A stretch of DNA of 64,000 bases. It comes from Oceanispirochaeta sp. (GTDB lineage: Bacteria; Spirochaetota; Spirochaetia; DSM-2461). Of the stretch, positions 57,201 through 64,000 are shown piece after piece. Below the pieces are notes generated by a model. It saw only the letters and a list, made by a program, of their open reading frames with translations. It did no database searches and was not told the DNA's origin. The stretch covers positions 1,696,001 to 1,760,000 of the forward strand of contig CAXXOA010000002.1 of the NCBI GenBank assembly GCA_963666275.2, given 5' to 3'. Within the stretch, counting starts at the first letter, position 1; each line of letters starts with the position of its first letter. A program made the translations under genes and the position numbers.

Positions 57201-60173
57201 ATGGAACTGCTTATGATTAAATTCATGCGGTGTAAAACTCTCTCTCTATATTTCCTTTTCCTCGTCGTTCTGGTGAGCGGGCTGGTTTCCCAGGAGGATT
57301 ACCGGTCCAGGATCGCCATTGTTCCCATGAAAAACGCTACCGGTATGGACCAGTACAATCCTCTGTGCATCACCATTACCGAAACGGTTTCTCTTGTCCT
57401 GGAGTTCCTCAGGGACTACCGGGTGCTGGATGAGCAGGATGCGGATCTGAACAAGCTTGAGAAAGCCGAAGGTCTGGAAGGCCTGAGTGCCGCCGCAAAA
57501 GAGGAGGGAGTCGATGAGATCATCTACGGAGAAGCCACAGTCGAAGACAATATCTTCCGTTTTACCCTTTCCCTCTACAATGTGAATGATCAGGAGATCA
57601 CAAACGAACAGACCGTGGAAGCCTATTCGGTTCTTGAAGTTTTTGACGCGGCCGATGAGCTCACGGAAGGACTGATCGGACAGCTCAGTGATGTCCATAT
57701 CGCCTTCGGATCCATAAAACTGGTTCAGACCGGAGGGAAGGGAAACTACACAGTCAATCTGGACGGCTTCCCCCTGCGAAACCCGGATAAAACATTTCAG
57801 AAAGTTCTGAACGGCCAGTATGAAGTCTCCATAACCCAGGAGCGTCTTACAGGAGTTGAAAGGGTTTTTACAAGTCAGGTGGACGTGGTTGAGGACGAGG
57901 AAACCCTTGTGGAGTTTACGATTCCGCCGGGACTTCCCGCTGAATACGATTGGATGGAGGATCGGGGTTCCGCCCTGCTGGACATGGGTAGGAACGAAGA
58001 GCAGGTGGATGCGTTTCTGCAGGAGATCACTCTTTTTCAGAACCAGACGCTTGCTCTGGAATACGATCCCGATCTGGAAGCCGAAAGAAACGCCTATCTC
58101 GAACAGGCCGGTGAGCGGGCGGCCGGGATACTGCAGGCCAGGATGGAAGAGGCGGATCAGACTTTCTACAGTAAGAAACCCCGGTTTTCCGATTCTCTGG
58201 GCAGATATGAGGATATCTCCCAACTGGTACAGACCGAGTTTGAAGTCGGAATGCTTGAGAACAGCGATGATTTTTCCTTTTCAGAACCCGGTAAAATCAT
58301 CACGGCTCCTTCGGGAATCGTCTATTTCGACAGTATTCAGGACCGGAAGAATATTCTTGCGGGATGGAATCCGGAAAACGATGCGGTGGTGACTAAAGAA
58401 CTTAAAACAGACAGGGAAAATCGCCGCTATCAGGGTGACTTCTCTCTGGACAGAAAAAGGATCTATCTCTGGGAACCCCTTGAAAGCCGGGTGGAAATCC
58501 TGGATGAAAATCTGATTACCCTTCAGTACCTTCCTGTTCCTGCCATGAGCGTGGGACCGGAAAATCTGAAATTGGCTGTCTCTTCAAAAGGACTGGTCTA
58601 TCTGGTGTCCCGGGACCTGGTCCGTGTTGTGGATACCTCCCGTCAGTACGATGATGAGGGGAACCTTCTGCCTCCCGACCGGTATCCTTCCATTGAATCG
58701 GCTATCGAAGGAGTGCTGGAACGGTTTGAGCCTTCGGACCGCCTCTCTGATCTGTTTTTTGATTCCGCCAGGCATCTGAACCTGTTTTTCGCCGGTTCCT
58801 CCTCTCTTGTGATTCTGACCGAGAACGGATCTCTTCTAAATGAAATCCATTTTGAAAGGTGTCTTCCCGAATCCCGGGTGGCTGTGGACAGTTCGGGATA
58901 TTTCTTTGTGTCCCAGCCTGAAAATAACGAAATTGTCAAATATACGCCTCAGGGGGAACTTGTCACCACCTACGGCAGCTACGGTACCGAGGAGGGGCAG
59001 TTTTCCATTCCTCTGGGACTGTCCGTCACCTCTGAGGGGATTATCTTTGTGGCAGATTCCTTCAACGCCAGGATCCAGAGCCTAGATCCTCAGACCCCTC
59101 CGGTTCTCTATCCCGAGATAGCCCGGTACGATGAGGATCTGGACAGAAGGATTGAAAGGACTGAAATTGCTGTTAAAAAAGAGGAAACCGCTAAGAATGA
59201 GATCACCCTGGGTGACCATATCTGGAACTTTGTCGGAACAGGAGCCCTCCTGGCCACCTCGGGATTTCTGGCGGTCAGAGCGGATATTGCCGGTGCCCAG
59301 GCGGCCTATGCCTACGACTTCTATCAGCCTGACTTTTCCACCGAGCCTTCTGTGGTAGCCGATTACAGGGAAAGGGCCGAAGAGGAGCAGCTGGTTCAGC
59401 AGATAGCGGAGATAGGCTCCATGGCAGCTCTGGGAATCGGGGCCAGCCTGCTTACCAATACTCTTCTGGAAATCGGTATGGACTCAACTCTGACGAAATA
59501 CAGCCGCAGGCAGGCTCAGACTCTGGATATGAACCGGGTCTACCAGGTGGATCCCGAGCTCTACAGAAGCATTAGGACCTCAAGCAGAATAGGTATCTGG
59601 ACGGGAATTGTTCCTCCCGTTCTGGGGCTGACAGCAACCATCGGCCTGGCCATCGGGGAAACGAATATTTCTCCCCAGGCTGCTGCTGCCATTACCATCG
59701 CGGGGATAGGGATCCCTCCCATTTTCTCCCATCTCCATGGGGGGCGGTTCAGTGTGGGACTTCTCCTTTCGGGGCTGGCGGCCGATGTCCTCATGGTGGG
59801 GGCTCTGATCAATCTGGATAATCTTATGAATTTTGATCCCTGGGATGCGGAAAAGTACTACTCCTATGAGAGTGACGCAGATCAGGCGGATATTGCCCAG
59901 GGCAATGCGGATTCCTCTTTCATCATGGAACGAATGTTCGACAGGATCGGTGATGTCTCGGCCATGTACCTTTTTATTGCCGCTTACGGGGTAAGACTGA
60001 CCGCCGGGATATTCGATGCCCGGAACGGCTGGACCTATACCAACAATTACAATAGATTCAGAGCTGTCAAACCTGTGGATGAGGCTGAGGAAGTCGCTTC
60101 TGTCGACTGGGGGGTTAGCCCGTTTATGAATAGAAAAGGGAATCTGGGAATGGCTTTAAGCCTCTCTTCCTGA
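57201..60173 (+). CDS. Large exported/membrane protein with NHL-repeat beta-propeller
   Basis: Signal peptide; RIAIVPM TolB-N/CsgG-like start; NHL repeats (GSYGTEEGQFSIPLGL...FVADSFNARIQ); C-terminal hydrophobic helices. Confidence 0.75.
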   Translation: MELLMIKFMRCKTLSLYFLFLVVLVSGLVSQEDYRSRIAIVPMKNATGMDQYNPLCITITETVSLVLEFLRDYRVLDEQDADLNKLEKAEGLEGLSAAAKEEGVDEIIYGEATVEDNIFRFTLSLYNVNDQEITNEQTVEAYSVLEVFDAADELTEGLIGQLSDVHIAFGSIKLVQTGGKGNYTVNLDGFPLRNPDKTFQKVLNGQYEVSITQERLTGVERVFTSQVDVVEDEETLVEFTIPPGLPAEYDWMEDRGSALLDMGRNEEQVDAFLQEITLFQNQTLALEYDPDLEAERNAYLEQAGERAAGILQARMEEADQTFYSKKPRFSDSLGRYEDISQLVQTEFEVGMLENSDDFSFSEPGKIITAPSGIVYFDSIQDRKNILAGWNPENDAVVTKELKTDRENRRYQGDFSLDRKRIYLWEPLESRVEILDENLITLQYLPVPAMSVGPENLKLAVSSKGLVYLVSRDLVRVVDTSRQYDDEGNLLPPDRYPSIESAIEGVLERFEPSDRLSDLFFDSARHLNLFFAGSSSLVILTENGSLLNEIHFERCLPESRVAVDSSGYFFVSQPENNEIVKYTPQGELVTTYGSYGTEEGQFSIPLGLSVTSEGIIFVADSFNARIQSLDPQTPPVLYPEIARYDEDLDRRIERTEIAVKKEETAKNEITLGDHIWNFVGTGALLATSGFLAVRADIAGAQAAYAYDFYQPDFSTEPSVVADYRERAEEEQLVQQIAEIGSMAALGIGASLLTNTLLEIGMDSTLTKYSRRQAQTLDMNRVYQVDPELYRSIRTSSRIGIWTGIVPPVLGLTATIGLAIGETNISPQAAAAITIAGIGIPPIFSHLHGGRFSVGLLLSGLAADVLMVGALINLDNLMNFDPWDAEKYYSYESDADQADIAQGNADSSFIMERMFDRIGDVSAMYLFIAAYGVRLTAGIFDARNGWTYTNNYNRFRAVKPVDEAEEVASVDWGVSPFMNRKGNLGMALSLSS

Positions 60174-60739
60174 TCCCTTTCCTCCGGAGGAGTCCATCCT
60201 ATAATGGGATAGAGATCCCAGGCCAGGAAGCGTCTCTGATCCAGGATATTTTCCATGGCCCTGTCTTTGAGGGTCCAGTTTATGGTCCTGTTGAAGCGGA
60301 AGCTGTAGTAGGCTCCCTCTCCGATACTCCGTTTCTCTATCTCCAGGATGGCAGGACATATATAGAGGATGCCCGGTTCGATCAGATAGGTGGGAGCCGC
60401 TATGGATCTGTGATCGGTCCAGGTTCCGCTGCCTCTCTTGAAATTGATCACAATCTGATTGTCGAAACTGAATTTCCCCGGTTCAACAGGGATGGCGACA
60501 AAATCATCTCCGGGATGATAGATCAGGTCGTAGGACTCTTTTGTTTCAATATTTCTCAAAACCATCTTTACCGAGACCAGCTGATAGTTTTCGCTTTTCC
60601 TGTCGATGAGGAAGCGGTCCACATCGCCGGACAGGATGAAAAGGCTCTCGGTCGGGCTTCCCGGAAGGGGGAGGGAGGCGCAGGATCCCAGAAGGGTAAA
60701 CAGAATCAGCAGGAAAAAATATTTTACAAAGATTTTCAT
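60047..60739 (-). CDS. Hypothetical lipoprotein
   Basis: Lipobox LGS-C; the 3' end overlaps the convergent gene by 127 bp. Confidence 0.6.
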   Translation of the reverse strand: MKIFVKYFFLLILFTLLGSCASLPLPGSPTESLFILSGDVDRFLIDRKSENYQLVSVKMVLRNIETKESYDLIYHPGDDFVAIPVEPGKFSFDNQIVINFKRGSGTWTDHRSIAAPTYLIEPGILYICPAILEIEKRSIGEGAYYSFRFNRTINWTLKDRAMENILDQRRFLAWDLYPIIGWTPPEERDQEERLKAIPRFPFLFINGLTPQSTEATSSASSTGLTALNLL

Positions 60740-60843
60740 TGTTTTAAGTCCTGTGTCTTTGGTCAGTTACCATTGAGTCTATGGTTCCGTAATTTAATTG
60801 TCTTTTACCAGCCCGGAATTGTCAATCCGGAAATGCCGATCCA

Positions 60844-61749
60844 TCAGGCAGCAGGAAGGGGAATCGTTTCGGCAGACCGTTTTTTCTGACTTAAAAAGAC
60901 CCCTGAAAGTATAAGAGCACAGGCCAGAAGCTGGGGGAGGACAATCTGTTCATTCAGAATGATGACGCTGAAAAAAAGGGAGATCACAGGAATCAGGTTG
61001 ATGAACGCCGAAGAGCGGCTGGCCGGAATCCGGCTTGTCCCGAAATTGAAAAGGCCGTAACCGCCGATGGTAACGATCACTCCCAGATAGACCACAGCCA
61101 GGACTCCCGGAGCGGTCCATACCCGGGGGATCCTTTCCGGCGAAATCAGGACAAAGGGAAGAAAAAACAGAGTCCCTGTGAGGGACTGCATTCCCGTCAG
61201 GAAAAACGAGGAGTAGCGGGATGTCAGTTTTTTCAGTGACAGAGTGTATCCTGCCGCACAGACCATAGCCAGGAATTCAAGGAAATTGCCCAGACCCGGA
61301 TGGGGGGCTTCCGCTGTGGGACGGCCGGCCAGGGTGAGCCAGACAACCCCCGCCATAGCCAGGAGGAAGCCCCCCAGCATAGACCGGTTCAGCCTCTCTT
61401 TCAGAAGAAAATGGGCGGCGATTCCTACCATGAGAGGCATCAGAGATGTGATCATTCCAGCCTGACCTGCTGTTGTCAGTGTGAGAGCTTTCGCTTCGAA
61501 AAGAAAATAGAGGCAGGGTTCAAAAACAGCCATAGCCGCCATAAGAGGCCAGTCCTGTTTTCTGACCCGGGGAATCCCTTTTAGAAGGAGGGGGATGAAG
61601 AAAAGGAGTCCCAGAAACATCCTTCCGAAGATGACAAAAAGGGGATCGAAATCTCTGAAGGCAATTTTCAGAGCCACAAAGGAACTGCCCCAGGCCAGGA
61701 CGGCTCCCATCAGTGCTGCATAGGCTATAGCTGAATGATTTTCTTTCAT
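60844..61749 (-). CDS. DMT/EamA-family transporter
   Basis: WGSSFVALK, duplicated EamA halves, FINLIPV. Confidence 0.92.
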   Translation of the reverse strand: MKENHSAIAYAALMGAVLAWGSSFVALKIAFRDFDPLFVIFGRMFLGLLFFIPLLLKGIPRVRKQDWPLMAAMAVFEPCLYFLFEAKALTLTTAGQAGMITSLMPLMVGIAAHFLLKERLNRSMLGGFLLAMAGVVWLTLAGRPTAEAPHPGLGNFLEFLAMVCAAGYTLSLKKLTSRYSSFFLTGMQSLTGTLFFLPFVLISPERIPRVWTAPGVLAVVYLGVIVTIGGYGLFNFGTSRIPASRSSAFINLIPVISLFFSVIILNEQIVLPQLLACALILSGVFLSQKKRSAETIPLPAA

Positions 61750-61885
61750 TTTCAGAATATGGCATAAAAAGCATATTCCCGTAACCAGCCAGGGCAGTTC
61801 TCCTGAAATCTTTTCTGATTTTTCGGCTTGCGGAACCCTGCGGGGGAAGAGTATCTTAAAAGAAGTTCCCGGGAGAAACAGGTAT

Positions 61886-63352
61886 ATGGATTTAAAAGAA
61901 CATTTTGCGCAGATAAGAAAAAATATTATCGGTCTGGATCAGACCATGACTCTGGATACGGGGAAAACCGGTCCCATCATTTATGCGGACTGGGTTGCCA
62001 GCGGGCGTCTGTACGGGCCTATTGAGGATCATATGCGGAATGTTGTGGGCCCTGTGGTGGCCAATACCCATACCGAAACGACTTTCACAGGGACCATTAT
62101 GACCCGCTCCTACCATGAAGCCAGGAAGACGATCCGGGATCATGTGGGCGCCGGGAGCAGCGACTCGCTCTTTCTGGCCGGTTTCGGTATGACCGCTGCT
62201 GTCAATAAACTCCAGAGGATCCTGGGACTGCGTCTCCCCGAGGGCTGCCCTGTGAACTGTAAAACAGAAAAAAAGCCCCTCGTGATTGTGACCCATATGG
62301 AGCATCACTCCAATCAGATCACATGGGAGGAGTGCGCCTGCGATGTGGAAATCCTTCCCAGAGAGGGGACCACAGGGCTTCCCGATCTGAAGTCTCTGGA
62401 CTTCCTGCTGAAAAAGAACCGGCACCGCCCCCTTCTGATCGGGGCATTCTCCGCCTGCAGCAATGTGACGGGGATTCTCACCCCCTATCATATTATGGCA
62501 AAAATGATGCATCAGGCGGGGGGCTACTGTTTTGTGGATTTTGCCGCTTCCGCCCCCTACGTAAAGATCGATATGCATCCGGAAGATCCTGAGGAGTCTC
62601 TGGATGCTGTCTATTTCTCTCCCCATAAATTTCTGGGTGGCCCCGGCACTTCGGGAGTTCTGGTCCTGAGGAACTCGCTCTATCAGAGAGCCGTTCCGGA
62701 TCAGCCCGGAGGGGGGACTGTCAAATGGACCACTCCCTTCGGGAGCCACAGCTATTTTGACGAAATAGAACTGCGGGAGGACGGAGGAACCCCCGGATTC
62801 CTTCAGGCTATGAGGATCGCTCTGGCCCTCAGGCTGAAAGAGGCCATGGATCCCGATAAGATCCTGGCCAGAGAAGAGGAGCTTATGAAGATTCTTCTGG
62901 AGGAGCTTAAAAAGGAAGAGCATCTTTTTATGCTGGAACCGGAAAATACCCATCGCCTGGGAATTGTCTCCATCTATGCGCCGGGAGAGCATCACAATCT
63001 GATTGTGAAGGTTCTCAATGATCACTACGGCATACAGACCAGAGGCGGATGCAGCTGTGCCGGGACTTACGGCCATATCCTCTTTTCCATCAACAGGCAA
63101 ACCTCAATGAGGATTACCGATATGATTGAGCAGGGGGATCTGACGGACAAGCCCGGATGGGTCAGAATCTCTCTCCATCCCACGATGAGTGATGAAGAAG
63201 TCCGATACATAGGCAGGGCTGTGCGGGAGGTGATTGGCCACTACAGAGAGTGGCAGGAAAAATACATCTTTCATGCAGATAAGGGCGAGTTTACCCGGAA
63301 AGAGGGAGAACCCGATGTCCCCTCTCTTCTTCAGGGGTTTGAACCCTTCTGA
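61886..63352 (+). CDS. Class V PLP aminotransferase / cysteine desulfurase-like
   Basis: [43 protein letters not shown]. Confidence 0.9.
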   Translation: MDLKEHFAQIRKNIIGLDQTMTLDTGKTGPIIYADWVASGRLYGPIEDHMRNVVGPVVANTHTETTFTGTIMTRSYHEARKTIRDHVGAGSSDSLFLAGFGMTAAVNKLQRILGLRLPEGCPVNCKTEKKPLVIVTHMEHHSNQITWEECACDVEILPREGTTGLPDLKSLDFLLKKNRHRPLLIGAFSACSNVTGILTPYHIMAKMMHQAGGYCFVDFAASAPYVKIDMHPEDPEESLDAVYFSPHKFLGGPGTSGVLVLRNSLYQRAVPDQPGGGTVKWTTPFGSHSYFDEIELREDGGTPGFLQAMRIALALRLKEAMDPDKILAREEELMKILLEELKKEEHLFMLEPENTHRLGIVSIYAPGEHHNLIVKVLNDHYGIQTRGGCSCAGTYGHILFSINRQTSMRITDMIEQGDLTDKPGWVRISLHPTMSDEEVRYIGRAVREVIGHYREWQEKYIFHADKGEFTRKEGEPDVPSLLQGFEPF

Positions 63353-63353
63353 T

Positions 63354-64000
63354 ATGACCGACTATGAAGCCATACTGGAAAGTATCTCCGACGGGGTCTT
63401 TACAGTGGACCAGGATTGGAAAATCACATCCTTCAACAGAGCCGCCGAATCCATTACCGGAGTCAGCCGGGAAGACGCCATCGGCAGATCCTGTTCGGAT
63501 GTTCTGCGCTCCAGCCTCTGCGGCAGTCAGTGCGCCCTGAGAAAAACCCTCTCCGAGGGAATCCCGCTTATAGACAAGCGGTGCTATTTTATCGATCAGC
63601 AGGGGGAGGAGGTTCCCATATCTCTCTCCACCGCCCTTTTCCGCAGCCGCAGCGGTGAAATCATAGGGGGGGCAGAGACTTTCCGGGACCTCTCCCCGGA
63701 TCCGCTTCTGGTAAGGGAAAAGGACAGTCCCGGGGGGCTGGGGTATCTGAAGAGTGTCAGTCCCTCTATGGAGAAGGTTTTTCAGATCCTCAGCATGGTG
63801 GCTGACACAGACTCTACCATGATGATTCTGGGGGAGACAGGGACGGGCAAGGAACTGACAGCCCGGACCCTCCATGAAATGAGCGGACGGAAGGAGGAAC
63901 CCTTTGTGGCTGTCAATTGCGCGGCCCTGCCCGAAACCCTCCTGGAATCCATACTCTTCGGCCATGTGAGAGGGGCTTTTACTGGCGCAGTGCAGGATAA
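63354..64000 (+). CDS. PAS-domain sigma54-dependent activator, 3' end truncated (absent from the ORF track)
   Basis: Own translation: [19 protein letters not shown]...[10 protein letters not shown] (PAS), [37 protein letters not shown]. Confidence 0.9.
   Translation, partial: MTDYEAILESISDGVFTVDQDWKITSFNRAAESITGVSREDAIGRSCSDVLRSSLCGSQCALRKTLSEGIPLIDKRCYFIDQQGEEVPISLSTALFRSRSGEIIGGAETFRDLSPDPLLVREKDSPGGLGYLKSVSPSMEKVFQILSMVADTDSTMMILGETGTGKELTARTLHEMSGRKEEPFVAVNCAALPETLLESILFGHVRGAFTGAVQD

Noticed and set aside
63291..63965. 224-aa minus-strand ORF in the track
   Set aside because: Antisense of the real PAS-sigma54 activator that starts at 63354 and runs off the window
1..64000. tRNA, rRNA or known riboswitch genes
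   Set aside because: No cloverleaf, rRNA-like or recognisable riboswitch consensus seen in intergenic regions by eye; an Infernal or tRNAscan run would be needed to exclude them formally

Overview
Gene-dense chromosomal window that looks like a free-living spirochaete (Spirochaetales-like). This is inferred from gene content only: an ODP-MCP pair, an MMPL/LolA-like/outer-membrane operon, an orphan NeuB and several stand-alone FecR proteins. About 61 CDS are supported. Most are housekeeping (trpS, serS, rdgB, pepF, hslO, lipBA, ilvD, purU, murD, mgsA, slyD, arfB) or envelope and stress genes (two OmpR-type two-component systems, creD, pspF-pspABC, htrA, hcp with an HcpR-like regulator). I saw no rRNA, tRNA, CRISPR array, integrase or transposase. 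Main observations: (1) a visibly AT-rich ~7.2 kb island encoding MMPL, a LolA-like protein, two predicted outer-membrane proteins and a TetR regulator, with the same tandem TGCAC-N5-GTGCA operator pair at both ends and a duplicated leader that has no gene; (2) a divergent sigma70-like gene behind a sigma54-type promoter; (3) a tightly coupled operon of Macro domain, NFACT/RqcH, degenerate MEMO (AmrB), AMMECR1 (AmrA) and a transmembrane pseudokinase, with no radical SAM partner in the window; (4) several readable regulatory sites, a REP-like repeat cluster that forms the PspF C-terminus, an SD-sequestering leader, probable leaderless genes and a frameshifted histidinol phosphatase. All family calls come from motif recognition by eye; no searches were run.
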